A stretch of DNA of 61,510 bases, counting the filler, from Dugesia japonica (lineage: Eukaryota), in the NCBI GenBank assembly GCA_001938525.1. It is 4 parts of 4 records of this genome, joined end to end, with 100 filler letters (N's around TTAATTAATTAA, not from the genome) between each part and the next. Parts side by side here need not be neighbours in the genome. Positions count along the whole stretch, not along the records: positions 30,156 to 52,860 come from MQRL01624238.1; 3 more parts are not named here. One strand, given 5' to 3'. The notes beneath the pieces were generated by a model that did not search any database, was not told the origin of the DNA, and saw nothing but the letters and a program-made list of their open reading frames with translations. A program made the position numbers and the translations under genes. Shown here one piece after another: positions 38,393-52,080 of the stretch. The stretch's first letter is position 1. The number at the start of each line of letters is the position of its first letter.

Positions 38393-38748
38393 CCATCTTT
38401 TTCCGAAAATAAGACAGTCTTACTTTAAATTTTAGGCCAAAATACGTGCTAGGGCTTATTATCAAAGGATGTCTTATTTTTCAAGTTTTTCAAGATATAT
38501 TCGTTTAATATTTATTTATATATAAGAATTTCACATTTATTACTTTTATTTTAGCTAACATATGTACATATTAAGTAAATTTAGGTATAGGTTTATGTAA
38601 ATTTAAATTTATTCGAATAAAGTTGTTATCTTCTTCTGAAACATCGTCATAACTTATAATATAAATAAAAATTTTAAAAAAATGTCTTTTTGATAATCTT
38701 ATATTTTTCACATTATTTTAACTAGGGCTTATTTTCGGCAAAAGACGG
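38393..38748. mobile_element. pogo/Tigger-like MITE
   Basis: TA|CCATCTTTTTCCGAAAATAAG ... CTTATTTTCGGCAAAAGACGG|TA. Confidence 0.8.
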
Positions 38749-40944
38749 TATTTGGAAAAAATCATTTTCGCTCATTTAAGTGTAGAAAAGCTCCGCTCTA
38801 TTAAGACAACACCTACCGACAGTAAAATAAATTGCTAGTAATGAACTTATTGTTAAGGTTGCAAGCTAGGCTTACATTAATAATATAATAAATTTAGTTA
38901 ATTATTTCATTTGTTTAAACCCATAAATTACATTAATTTCAAGGTTATTTTAATAAACAAATTTAACATAAATATAATTATTAAAGGTCAATTGGAATTT
39001 TAGTATAACTACTGATTTCAAATCAGTTGAAAAGAAAGGGCATAAACAAAAAATTTCTAGTGATAAAATTTCCAATTTGCGTAAGTCATTCTCAATTTAT
39101 TATTTGAATTTTTATAATTATTTGCTATTATTTTATTATTATTCAAAACTTGAATTTTATTCAATTTATAAGTCAAAGTTCTAGCAATTTACAATTTTTT
39201 TATAAATTGTTGCAGAATAGATTTTTGAATCATAAAACCTAGTGGTTTACAATTTTATAAATTGTTAAGCCATTGTATATGTTAAATTAATATTCTCGCT
39301 TGCGACCGCTATTTTTAAAAATTGTTTGAGTCGTTGAAGCATTTAGGCAATACGATATAGCAATAGTAATATCCTATTGACTTATCGCTATTTTAATTCA
39401 ATTAATTTTTAAGTAAATTATAACTGTAAAATAAAACAGTTATTAATTTACTTTTTATTATTGTCATAAATTTCTGCGCCAATTTATTTTAAACATCTTG
39501 TTATAAGTGGTGTAACGCTTTTAGGCCCACCATTCGAAAGCTTTGGGGACGGGATTGTAGTACCCGTTATCTTTCAGTAAAATCAATATAGAGGGTTGTA
39601 AGCGCTACTACTAAAATCACTGCACCACCGTATTTATATCGTTGTAGTTTTACTTAATAATCTTATAAATTTATTATAAATAAATTTTATAATCACAATA
39701 CGGTTTCTTCTTAATTATTATTAAATTTTTTCATCTATAATAAAATCACCTACACGCGATTTTAGGTACATTTATTTGGAGTCAGAAATATTGTTGAAAT
39801 TATTGTTAAATCTTAACCACGAGACTTAAGATTATCGTTGAAAATATTTTATTGCATTCTAAAAGTGAATGCTCTAAAACAGTGGTGCCCAACCAGTCGA
39901 TCGCGACACGAGTTTCGATCGATCTTCTACTACAAACTTTTAAATATATGTAGTAAGTTTTTCTAATTTGTTCTTGGTTTTGATGCATCAATAAACTTTT
40001 ATTAAAATGTCGCTAATTTGAAAAAATAAATTAATACAAGAAACTGAAGTGAAATAAAATTCTAGTTTAGTGGTTGATGACCTATGGTCATTCATATTCC
40101 ATGTATACATTTTTACTTCTAACACTATTCTGTCAGGTTTGCAAAGTTTATACAGCTTGACAACTTACTTATACCGTTTGTTTTTTGTATATTGTCGAAA
40201 AATCAACCTCCCTCGACAGAGAAATATTGCTTCATCAGCACATCGGTTTATAAATGCGGTCTACAGTTTCATTTAAGTGTTTGGATGCGGAATTAATCTT
40301 ATATATTTCTCTCATGTAAACGAAAAGATAAAAAGAAGAAGCATTAAAACAAATAAATTTATCTAAATCCAAAATAATAAAACGAGAAATATAAGAAATC
40401 ATTTATAAGAATGATTAGATAAAGGCTGCTCAGAAAAAAAACGGAAATAAATAAGAAAAAGATACCAGGTTAATTAAAAAACTGACGAAAAAAAGAAAGA
40501 AAATAATAAAATTCGAAAACGACGAATAAAATAAAAGCCGAAAATGGAAATGGAATCAGAGAGATATTACATTATTATTTATAATTCATATGGATGTATT
40601 AAAAGTAGAATTGTAATAAAATAATTATTATAATAATGTAGAATTAAAACAAATAATTATTAGAAATGTTTTAGAAAATATTACACGAATGAGAATCACG
40701 AAAGAAATAGGTATCATTATTATTATGAATAAAATACGTTAGTAGTAATATAATTTATTTGGAAAATGTCATTATTATCAGGTCTGGTAATAAGTAGTTG
40801 TGGTTTTAATATTATTGAATATCTATTGATATTATTGATATTTTTTATGTATTATTATTATAGTATGATAAAAATTTATTAAGGCTTGAATTTGATTTAA
40901 TTTATAAGTATTTCTTTAGATTGAAATAAGGGTGAAACCAACAT

Positions 40945-41200
40945 ATGTTTGAAAAAAGAGTGAAAATTCATATTCCACACTGCTTAAGTAATGCAACAGA
41001 AGCTCAACAAAACATCATTACTATCTACCCGAATAAAAATCTGTCTGAACGAACTTGTCAGTAGTGGTTTGCAAGATTCAAATTCGAAAACCTAACTGTT
41101 GAAGATGAGCCTCGCTCAGGATGTCCAAGTGATTTTGGTGAAGATGCATTACGAAATGTCATCGAAAAGATCAAAATGCAACACAAGATGAAGAAAAACA
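40945..41200 (+). pseudogene. mariner transposase N-terminal HTH relic
   Basis: LSERTCQ*WFARFKFENLTVEDEPRSGCP. Confidence 0.85.
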
Positions 41201-41539
41201 GCATAATACACATTCCAAAACTTAACCTAAAAACATCACTAACGATAATGAAAATAACGTTTGCTTAGATTTCTTCATGTGTAATATGCACATGTNTAAT
41301 ATCTTTTTTGCACTATTCAGTGATTCTTAAACTATTGATTGTTTTTTCCTCGATTATTTTTGAATAGTATTTTCATTATAAAATATAAGTTGCGCTGCAA
41401 CATAAAAAAACTTTGTTTATTGTGATAAATAAAAATATTGTGAATGTGGTTTATACTAAAATATGTAAGTTTTAATCATTTAATTCAATTGATTTTATCA
41501 AAAATTAAATAAATATTATTGTTCATAGCAAATCATTAT

Positions 41540-42990
41540 GTTGTATAGTTCGGAAAATCGGAAGTATTTTAAAAGACATGGTGATCGAGCGTGTTAACTA
41601 AAATTCCATGCAAAGAATCTATAACATCAGCTCTTTTCAATCAAATGAAATCAAAACATGGAATAGTATTGAAACGTAAGACCGAAAATGGATCAGAGAT
41701 TGAATTATACTCAACTACACATAAAAAATTAATCTACAATGAGAGTTTCCCGATTGGTAGCTAAAGATGGTTTTACTGTGAACAGTATCACAAAAAGTAT
41801 ATTTATTAGAAAACCGATTGCTTATCTAGTTTATTCTTTGCAATCAAATTCAACTACAAACATGAATCTAGTTATTTCGTTTTTCGAAAAAATTAAAATC
41901 GAACAAATTATTATCATCACAAATAAAAAACACGGCAATAAACGATTAAGCATAACTTTCAATAAGTGGATTAGTGTAGGACAAAACGATACTTTAATAT
42001 TAACTTGCACTCAAAACTAATTACATAAATTTTGGGTTTGTGACAATTCCTGAGAAATGTGATGCCAAAGAAACACAAAAAAACTGTTGCGGAACATTTA
42101 GCTGAGTATATAATTGATTTTGGCATTATACCAATGGTTTCTCTTCTAAAATATTTACATGATCCAAATTCTATGAAAAAAACTAAATGGCTGGAATATT
42201 TTTCTGAGAAACAAATACTTGATTACACAAAAACTCAAATGAAACGTTGATAACATAAATGATAATGGAGACTATAAGGTTATAAATCAAACTAATAATG
42301 AAGTTAGAGTTGTACTCAGCATTGAACTCAAATTAAATGAAACTTCTACAGAAACTTCTATATCAATTCCACAAAATAACCATTTCAAATTGAATTAAAA
42401 TTGTTTGAGGCAACAGGAAAGAGGACACCTAATTTAGATTTACTGTAAAATCCCGAGTATAAGCTGCAGCAGGGTGGTTATTTTTAAAGATGTGTTTTAT
42501 AGTTGTATAAATTGAACAATTTTCATATGAGAGGCATTGTAGTTGGACTGAAAAAAATAACCAAAAACCCATTTTTTATAAATTTTCACTGTAGAGAAAT
42601 GCTACAAATAGATTTTTATTAATTATTATTTTAAAATCATTAAACTTTCATTAAAAACCAAATCAAATATTCATAATGATAATTTTTATTCTGTTGTTTA
42701 TATTTTCTGCAAAAATTGTTGTGTTTTTTTTAGGGGAATATGAAAAGCGCTGACTGGGATATTATTTTTAACTGGATCGTCTCCTCATGGAAAGAAGTTA
42801 ACATATAAGTTAACTTATACTCGGGATTTTACAGAAATTATATGAAGATTTCCTAACAATTAAACCTACATCAATTGAAAGGGAGCGTACCATTTACTAG
42901 TGCTGGTGTGTTTGCTACAAAATTATGCTGAAGACTAGATGACAAACATGAAACGCTATTATTTGATAAAAAATCATTTTATTAAAGAAA
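41540..42990 (+). pseudogene. Internally deleted hAT transposase
   Basis: VSRLVAKDGFTVNSI; SITFNKW; LFEATGKRTPNL; hATC TIKPTSIERER..SAGVFATKL. Confidence 0.8.
42443..42834. mobile_element. pogo/Tigger-like MITE inserted in hAT ORF
   Basis: Perfect 21-bp TIR CTGTAAAATCCCGAGTATAAG; left flank TA. Confidence 0.9.
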
Positions 42991-43644
42991 AAGTAAAAGA
43001 AATATATGTGATAGTATTAATAAATGAACATTAAATAATAATAATATAAATAATTTTTATAAAAAATTACTTAAAAAATTATTATTTTAAAAATTTTTTT
43101 TAAAGTATTCGAATCTATTCAAATATTCAAAAAAAATCGACTTTTCAAATATTCAAAAGACGAATATTTAGTGTTAGATGAGTTTGAAGTACTCATTTGG
43201 TAATTAATGTCAAAACTCGTTTCCATAAAAGATTTTTACACAAAACAAAACTATATGCATCACTATTTGTTTATGCTCTAATTGGAAATCATTTTTAAAA
43301 TAATAAAATTTTAGATAAATTTTTACTTTATTATTAAATCTTCGTTTGAAATATTTTTAAAATTTAAAATAAAATAATCATTCGTTATAAAATTTTCCTT
43401 TAAAATTTAAATAAAAAGATTTTAAGAAAAATGATCTCCAACCATACAGAAAAATTTCAACTCGCTTTTCAAAACTCACATTTAGAATCCCTATATAAAA
43501 TTAAGTTATTTTTCATGAAATAAGAATTAGAACAAAATATCCGGAAAAACATTTCTACTTTTCACTGAAATAAAAGCTTCGAAAATTTGTTTTAAATATT
43601 TTTTAGTTCTTGATAGTTTTTCCAATTTTCGGCAGAAATTGACT

Positions 43645-43685
43645 TTTTGTCCTGACGAAGACAAAGTTGAAAATTTAAAATACTA
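43645..43685 (+). ncRNA. Minimal hammerhead-ribozyme-like motif
   Basis: CTGACGA-A-[GAC AAA GTT]-GAAA; stems I and III not confidently resolved. Confidence 0.5.
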
Positions 43686-44569
43686 TCAAGAACTAAAAAA
43701 AAGAAAAATTTGATCGAAGCTATTATTTCTATGAAATTATCTAAAATACGATCAAATTATTCTCGCAATAATTCTATTTGTAGACTAGATGACAAGCATT
43801 AAATGCTATTATTTCTTTTATTATTTATGACTTTTATTATTATTTCTTTTTATTTTTTTCTTTTTATCATTTTATTAAAGAAAAGAAAAAAAATATAATA
43901 TTATAGTATTAATAAATAAACATTAAATAGTACTCCATTATTAATAATATAAATAATTTTTACAATAAATTACTTGAAAAATTATTATTTTGAAGATTTA
44001 TTTTAAATTTAATTTGGAAATTCATCTATTGTTAGATACAGACAATATTTTCTTTGTTACTAATTCTCCTTTGGAAATCATTTTCGAAATAGCCATTAGT
44101 ATCACCATGTTTTTAAACTACAGGCCACGGGAAAAAACAGGTTAATTAGTGGAGTGCGGATTATTAATGGAACTAACCAAATTTTTTAACTCAATTTCCA
44201 ATAAAGACTATTTCGGTCGGCGATCACGTTTAGTTTTTTTTTTACTTTTATTCGGTAATTTAGCTAAATTATAACTTAGTTTTCTCCGATTTTTATTAAC
44301 TTCAAAATGAGACGTAGTTTTTCTATTTACATTTATTTCTGCGTAGTTAATGCTCGAATGATAATTCAATTGGGATGACGCAAAATCGTTTTGATTTGTT
44401 TTAATTCCAAATAATAATTATTTTGTAATTAATTAAAGAAACTATAAAATTTTTATGGCCAGAAAAACCGATGAACAATTTAAACATCATCTTTCATGAC
44501 ATTTTGCCTCGCAAATCATCTCGTTAAATCATCTTGCACACGGTTCAGCATATCGTCTCAGCCATAATC

Positions 44570-44930
44570 GGTGGATTCCACTACAACAATTCAACTATAC
44601 ACAATTCAACTATACACAATTCCACTAGATACAATTCCACTTGGTATAATTTAACTAGGTATCAATTATACTTGCGTAATTCCAATAATTTGGTAAAATT
44701 TGACTTTGGAATAAAATTTAATTTGGAGATGCAGTGGTTACTACAAAAAAAATGTAGTGCACGTATTTATACTAAAAATGGATCAATTTAGAAAATACTA
44801 AAAGACCATAATCATGCAGTCAATGCTGCAGAAGGGGAATCAAAAGAAGATATGGAAAATGTATGAGGTCAAAGCCAAATATCAAATATTGGTTCAACCC
44901 AGGAAATATTGACAAATGGGATGTAATAAT
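44570..44930 (+). pseudogene. MULE/FLYWCH relic with 15-bp subterminal tandem repeats
   Basis: ACAATTC(A/C)ACTA repeats, then WRCSGYYKK..CSARIY..DHNH. Confidence 0.6.
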
Positions 44931-46049
44931 TTTGATAATCATGATCCATTTGAATACAAATTTTTCGTAGATAAAGTTTTTTTCATTAAATTCGTATCTT
45001 TTTAACTCTTTTACTTTTTGAAAATATTATATAAATTTAATGAATAAATTGAATCAATTCCACTTTTTATTTGAGGAAATAAGTGGAATTCTTCTAGTTG
45101 AGTGACTCTAAAATCGTCTCAGCACACTGCTCTTTACTTTGATCTACTAAAGATGACCGATTAATTAGCTGACTTTTCAGCATGTGTATATTGAATTGGT
45201 TGATTTGATAGGCTGACTGAATTTACGCAGTGGAGTATGACAACTTGTATATTTTTAACATGTATATCTGCGACAGTTTAGAACCCAGTAAGCACATGGA
45301 GACGGAGGAGTAACCATGGAGGCTGCGATCAAAGGTCAACATTTAATGATACATTTAAGTTGGAACGATTGGATACTGCAAGTATATTATCAAAGTGTAA
45401 TAATACCTGTAGAGGGACAAATAATGTAGATTAACAGAGATAAGTGGTGGATGAAAGGAGTGCGGGAATTATAACCAAAATAAAACAATAATTCAGACGC
45501 ATACGAACAAAAACTATGGTACGAAATGAGTGGACAGCGTAACCTCTTAATTTACTATCTGAAAGACAACCATCATCAAAAAGGTTGGACGGCGATAAAG
45601 AGCGGGAAGAAATTAAAGATCTGCCAACAAAACGAATACATCTACCATTTCCAATTTTGGCAGAGAAAACAAACCAAGAAAACCGAGCTGGGGGGTAGAG
45701 AAAATCAGAAAGGAACAAACAAGTATAATCATAAATCGGGGAAAACGGTAGCATACAATAACCAACCATACATTTAAAGGATAGAAATGCTACAAATCAG
45801 GAAAAAACGAAACTCACCACCTACGAATCAACGAAGAAGTGAGACAACTAACAATACAAAAGTATGATAAGTTTAATCAATGGCCAGGGTCCATTAACGA
45901 AGAAATAGTCGGAAAGAAAAACGCAACGCATAAACAAGGAGTGAATATGGGGAAATTATGCATGGAGTTGTGGGAAATAGAATTCACTACAGTCATAAAT
46001 CAAGATAAGACATTTTATCACAATATAATCAACCCATCTTAGGTTAAGA

Positions 46050-46431
46050 CAGTGGTTCCAAAACTTTTGTGGGATTTTCTGAGCGGTCTTCGAATTTTCA
46101 TTGATGGCTCGCGGATCATTTTACAATTGATAATTTAATCATAATTAGAGTCGAAAATCGCCTATTTTGTTCCGTATTTTGACCAAAATCCATACAAATA
46201 TTCGCTGACTTTAAACTATACCAGATTGTTGAACTTCTTAGTCTAACGAAAGGTCAAGATTATACACTATACTAAAACAACAGCGCCATCCGGTAAATGA
46301 ATGATTGCTTAAGTGAGATATCTCGGGATAGCCGATTTACGAATGGATTGGAAAGTTGTTGGTAAAATATCTAGGGGAAGTAATCCCTTCACGGTCCACC
46401 TGAAACCGCGCCGCGGATCCTAGAACCACTA
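46050..46431. mobile_element. hAT (Charlie-like) MITE
   Basis: CAGTGGTTCC...GAACCACTA; TSD GGTTAAGA/TGTTAAGA. Confidence 0.75.
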
Positions 46432-47699
46432 TGTTAAGATGTTTGTATATAATTCTGTTCGTTTTTTTTTTGGCGTAAGATCGAACGTAATTTTCATATT
46501 TTATTTAAATTCAAAATAAGGGTGACGTAAAATCGAAATTTGCTTGTACCCACAAAATGAAGAGAAGAAAAAGTTAAACTATACCGTTTAAACTTCCCAC
46601 CATTAACTTGGCAGAATTAAAACAATAAAGAAAACTGCGTCTCATTTTGAAATTAATGAAAAATTGGAGAAAACTAACGAAGAATAATACCGAATAAAAG
46701 TAAAGAAAAACTAATAAACGTGATTGCCAACCGAAATAATCTTTTTTTGGAAATTGAGTTAAAGAATTTGGATAGATCCATTAATAAGCTGCACTCCACT
46801 AATTAACCTGCTTTTTTTCGCGGCTTATAGTTGAAAAACAGGGTGATGTATCTTCTTGATGTATTTCTTCAAGCTTTATTAATTATTAGAGTTTCAATTT
46901 TATTTATTATTTGGCAATGTTAAAAAGAAATTAGTTATCTAAATCACTGAAAAACTCCTTTTCTATTAGTAATTTGATCGCGTCGGTTTAATCTTTTTAC
47001 AGTATGCATTTTTACTGAAATATTAGTAAATCGTTTATCTATTTAGTTTAATATAAAAATATAATAACATTGAAATATAAATCACTAATTTTGTTTGCAT
47101 ATATATTAATATTTCACAGAACTATTTCATAATAAGCTTTTAGTTGTGTAATAACAATAAAATAAGCAATATACATGTAATACAGCTTTCATAATTTGTA
47201 ACGATATTTAAATTTACAAAATNNNNNNNNNNNNNNNNNNNNNNNNNNNNNNNNNNNNNNNNNNNNNNNNNNTAATTTGTAACGATATTTAAATTTACAA
47301 AATGATAAATTATTGTTAAAATCTTACATTCCGAGACATAATAACATCAAATAATATCTAATAAAGATTCACCGTTAAAACTGTTTATGATTCTAAATAA
47401 AATTTTCTTTAATTCAAACTTTAAAATTAATAATTTACATTATTATAATTAAATAAAAACCCACCATTTAAATTATAAAATGCTCCAAGGTCAAATAATT
47501 AATAACTCTTAATATAATACAAAGAAAATAATAAGTTAAAGTTATTATGTTTAAAACATTTATTTATTTTTTGCATTTTAAAAAAAGTAAATAATTATCG
47601 TATTAAAAAGTAGTGTTTATTATCATTTATTTGTGTTTAAATTTTATTTTTTATTATTACTAAAGTTTTAATTAGGAACTTCAACATTCCGATGACTAA

Positions 47700-48030
47700 G
47701 TTTGATGTTTCGACTTACACTGAAAATGGAGTGGTGCATAGATATGAAGGGGTTGATATATGTATCAGGGAACAGGTTTAATCAATTACTTCAATCACAC
47801 TGAACACTGCTTCTTAATAACTAAAAAACATGGTGGAGTTGGGTTAACTGAAGCCAGGGATGAGGATGCTATACAATCATTCAGGGGTTCAAGATGCTTA
47901 TTTGTCAAGATTTAATTGTTAGGGATATAGCTACAAATGACCTTATCCATGCTGCATCCAAATAGATTAATCATCCAAAGATATGCTCCATTGATGAGAC
48001 GCTCAACTTGCTTCAGACTCTTGTCACCCG
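47700..48030 (+). pseudogene. Non-LTR retrotransposon (RLE-clade-like) RT thumb relic
   Basis: YEGVDI (YLGV-like) and KHGGVGL (GGLGL-like) in a GC-richer patch. Confidence 0.35.
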
Positions 48031-49529
48031 CACAATTGATATTATATAAATGGAAAGGATCAGCCCTATCTCATTTTTTTATTTTTTCGCCACCCTCAAA
48101 ATGATTATTTTTTTTAGGGCTTTTTGCTCTTCAAGATAAAAAAGTTAAGATTTCAAATCAAAATAAGATATTTCAATAAATTTAGTAAATTTTTAACTTA
48201 AATTTAGTAATAATCATTTAAAAGCGGCTCAAAATGAAAAGAGCGCGCCACTAGGATGATTCTATCCATTTTTATACTACTGCGCTTCAATAAATTTACA
48301 TTATTTTAAATAAATAGCGTAAATAATAAATAAAAAGTTATTTAAATAATAAAAGATTTTATTAATAAAACTAANNNNNNNNNNNNNNNNNNNNNNNNNN
48401 NNNNNNNNNNNNNNNNNNNNNNNNNNNNNNNNNNNNNNNNNNNNNNNNNNNCAAACTCATTTTTAAAAATTTATTAGTTCTGTGAAATGCACTTGAAAAA
48501 TTGTTCCAAAAAACGATTTTTATGATTTTATGACTTTATATTCCTGGATACAATACAAATTACTGGTATTTTTTCCTAATTATTATTTAATATTAAATTA
48601 AAATAAAGTTCTAAGTAATTAATAAGGCAACTTTTTTTAACCTTATAAAGAAGAAAAATTTGACTTTTCTGACCAATATTTTGACTTAATAATGAAAATT
48701 TTGATTAATATTTGACTTTATGTTTCTTTTTAAACAATTATCACTGCTTAGTAGTCTTAAAATTTATGAAAATTTAGGTTTGTAAATGAAAAATATATCA
48801 AGAGTTTACAAATTTCGGTCTTTTGCTAAGGGTTTATTCAACATAGAAAAACTTCTTTTGACACAAGCCTGAAGAAGTCTGAAATTTCATTAAAAAAATT
48901 CTATTGGGGTAATTGATTCTTTTTTCATGTCCCTTATTGTCATTATAAGGGCAATCTTTTATTTATAATGTTAAAAAAATTTGACTTCTTTGACCAAAAT
49001 TCGGACTTTATAATGCAAATGTTTTANNNNNNNNNNNNNNNNNNNNNNNNNNNNNTAATTTTTGACATGACATGGATCCTCAATGAATTGCAATTCAAAA
49101 ACTTCCTACGACAGACTCGATAGTGTAATCTGTAATCTCAGCCAGAATAATAAATTCAGCCGAAACCATATAATTTTGACAATCTCACGCAAACTCTTGG
49201 CTACTGTTGGATGTGAAACACTTTCTTTTGCCCGCTTTACAAGTTTTTCATCATCTTTAAAGTTGTCAATAGTTGCCTATTTAAAAGGAAATTAAAAAAT
49301 ATATTTAGAAAATGAACAATGTCAAAGGCGACTTAAAATAATTCAATTGATCGTTTAATTTTTAGAAAACGAACAACGTCGTTGTTCACTTAAATAACAA
49401 TTTGTTTGTTTGTTATTTTAGTAAGTGAACAACGCTGTTGTTTGGTTTTAATCAATTTAATTGGTTAATACGTTTCGAAGTGGAAATCCAATAAAATAAA
49501 TAAATAGTGAATTTTAACTTTAAAAAATG

Positions 49530-50850
49530 GCAGCATGCGAACAAAGATCAAAACTAAACTTGAATTGTAATAAGGAGTTTAAAAATGTCATACAGAAAAT
49601 GACATATTAAAGATTTTTTCAACATCTGGTTCTATTTCTAATTTAAATCAATATGAAGACATTGTTTTTCAATCATTACTATAAGTGTGTTAAAAAAGCA
49701 AGTTAAANNNNNTATGTGATTGGTGATCATATTTTTAAAATCTTTTGTTTAAAAGAAAGATTTAAAGTTTTGATGAAGAATTTAAATAAAAAAAAATTAT
49801 TTTCAATGGTAAATTAAAACTTTTTAGTAACCGGAAATTTATTTTATTTTTAAATAAATAAATAACATTGTTTGAAATAAATTAAATTAAAATTATGTTA
49901 AATAAATTAAGTTTCAATTTAAAAAATTCAAAAATGAGGATTGGATAATAAAAAAAAATCTTAAATAAATAAATATCTATGTTAAATTTTATTTTAACAG
50001 ACATTGATTATAAAAAGGAATCCGCAAAAATTACTGGTTGGTTACTCGATAATGGTGCAGGATCCAATGATGTTACAGGAGAAGATATCAATACGAGATG
50101 TTATAAAAAAAATTTTATATAATGCTGCAAAGAAATTTAAATATATTTTAATTTAAAATATTTATTCGGCTTTCTACAGAATTATGATAGAGTCATACAT
50201 AATTTATTTATCGAATTAATATGCAATAGAAAAATAAAAGATAACTTACTTTTTTATGTAGCAGCTGCCTTAGCAGCTAAATTAAAGCTAAAAACAATAG
50301 AATTACATATACCTGAGTGGACTGTTAATCCAAGATAAGAAGTAAGCTTATTAAAAAGATTAAATTCTAATAAATTAATTAAATGTAATTTGTTCTGTTA
50401 TTGATATGAGTTTTGGATCAGCTTATTCATTTACGTTAGGTAATTTAGCTTATAGACCTAGATACATTTTAATTGGTTTTAAAGATATTTTATATATATT
50501 TGTCTATATATTTTGGTTTTAAAGATATTTCTTTTCAAAATAATAGTAATTTATTTATAGTCAAAAATGGAACTAATAGTTTAAATTTTATAAATAATAA
50601 TAATAATAAAAATAATACATATTATCCAGTTGACAGAATGGAATTTAATGTTGAAAATTACGAAATGTTATTTACATTAGTTCATTTGTAAATTGTTGTA
50701 AATATTTTAAAGTTTAACCATAACTTAGTTTACAAGATTTTAACAAATAATATCCAACTCTTTGTATTGTTACATCAGCGCAAGACTATAAATTAGCGAT
50801 AAATAATGTTGATGTAACTTTACATTTACATCAACTAAATTCATCAATTT
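49530..50850 (+). pseudogene. Polinton major capsid protein relic
   Basis: Colinear with 24674-25540: GWLLDNGAG~GWIPDANNG; IELHIPE~LELHIPE; FCIVTSAQDYKLAINNVDVTLH~FCFDISSQEDKLNINTVDITLH. Confidence 0.65.
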
Positions 50851-51339
50851 TAAAATTACCATTAAAATGAGTAGATACATGTTATAATGACAAGCTTAGT
50901 ATCGTTGGACTCGTAAAAGCTTGAATACATAACTGCTATCTCAGAATTGTAACATAATGTTTTAGTCGCGGTGTTTTAAAGATTTAAAGTGTAAATGTCG
51001 CGCACAGAATCACATTTTTATCTTATATTAGACATTCTCTATTAGATTTGTTAAAGCTGAGGATTTAATGTCTTCCAAATATTGAATTAGAGAGATACCG
51101 TAAGGAGAAGAATTTTTCTAAACGTAATGTTAGATTCCGAGGGTGAAGATATCTAACTAAGATTTTCTGATTGAAAATTAATTTTTAAAAATGCACGTAG
51201 GTAATAGTTATTTATTTATAAACTAATTTTATAATAAATAACAATAATTTAATTAAGAAAATGATGTATTAATAAAAATCTTTATTGAATATAACAAAAT
51301 AATTACACTTGTATAAATATCATATTCATATAAATGAAA

Positions 51340-52080
51340 ATAGAATAGATTAAGTTTTGTGATATTCCACATTTCCACCGCTTTTTTGTTTTCATCTTCA
51401 TTAACTTCATCCCATCTCGGTGGCATGGATTTTGTATCTTCCAACACTTGCAAACTTGTAGCAAGATTATACGGGAAAATACCCTTTGTTGTATTTATAT
51501 TATTATTTTTAAATTCATTTACAGTTAATGGTGTTGATCCTAGAGATTTAACTGTTGCATCTAGCGAGGAATTTATAAATTGATAACTATCAATAAACTT
51601 GATAGTCGCAGTTTTACTCTGATGTACAATCAGACATAGAAATTGTTCATTAGTTGTCGGAATACAACTCAGATTCCATTTTGGAAATTTTCTTAATCCG
51701 TATTTTAGAACATGATGAAGATCACACCCTTTTAAATTGTGAAATACAACTGGTAGCTGTATTAATTATCGTCTGCTTAAATTACATTTTGAACAGGCTG
51801 TTCCTTTAAATTCACCTGTAAAATGGTCATGATCTCGAACGGGGTCGATTATCTCCTTTTTACACAAATAACAAATTNNNNNNNNNNNNNNNNNNNNNNN
51901 NNNNNNNNNNNNNNNNNNNNNNNNNNNNNNNNNNNNNNNNNNNNNNNNNNNNNNNNNNNNNNNNNNNNNNNNNNNNNNNNNNNNNNNNNAAAAATCATAT
52001 ATCCAATCATTTCCAACAAACTGGCTGTATTTCGTTTCATTGGAAAAATTATTTACCAACAACAGTCCAGCTGAAACCTC
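51340..52080 (-). pseudogene. pPolB N-terminal/exonuclease fragment, same family as 13240-15420
   Basis: AGLLLVNN; CYLC..VRDHDH.TG..GTACSKCN; FHNLKGCDLH; IKFIDSYQF; KGIFPY. Confidence 0.9.

Larger units (their letters stand above)
33499..39380 (+). mobile_element. Degraded hAT transposon hosting nested insertions
   Basis: TAGGG terminus; BED finger MSKVW..CKRCNKIIKC..STTTLKTHLKIH (from 33860); FDEW ~35100; SIKTTPTDS hATC-like segment ~38800. Right end approximate. Confidence 0.6.
44100..46850. mobile_element. Long-TIR (~240 bp) DNA element containing nested relics
   Basis: 44100-44330 is the diverged reverse complement of 46620-46850 (e.g. CAGGTTAATTAGTGGAGTGC / GCACTCCACTAATTAACCTG). Confidence 0.75.

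Noticed and set aside
42930-44000. Direct duplication of the hAT 3' end (42930-43095 vs 43780-44000)
   Set aside because: Ordinary TE fragment duplication with no added function evident
45290-46042. A-rich coding-like segment with short ORFs
   Set aside because: Probably a retroelement relic, but no diagnostic motif could be recognised
47180-47303. Direct repeat flanking an N gap
   Set aside because: Likely an unmerged contig overlap
49080-49290. Minus-strand exon-like stretch (ATIDNFKDDEKLVKRAKE)
   Set aside because: Frameshifted; probably a transposase fragment but cannot be assigned
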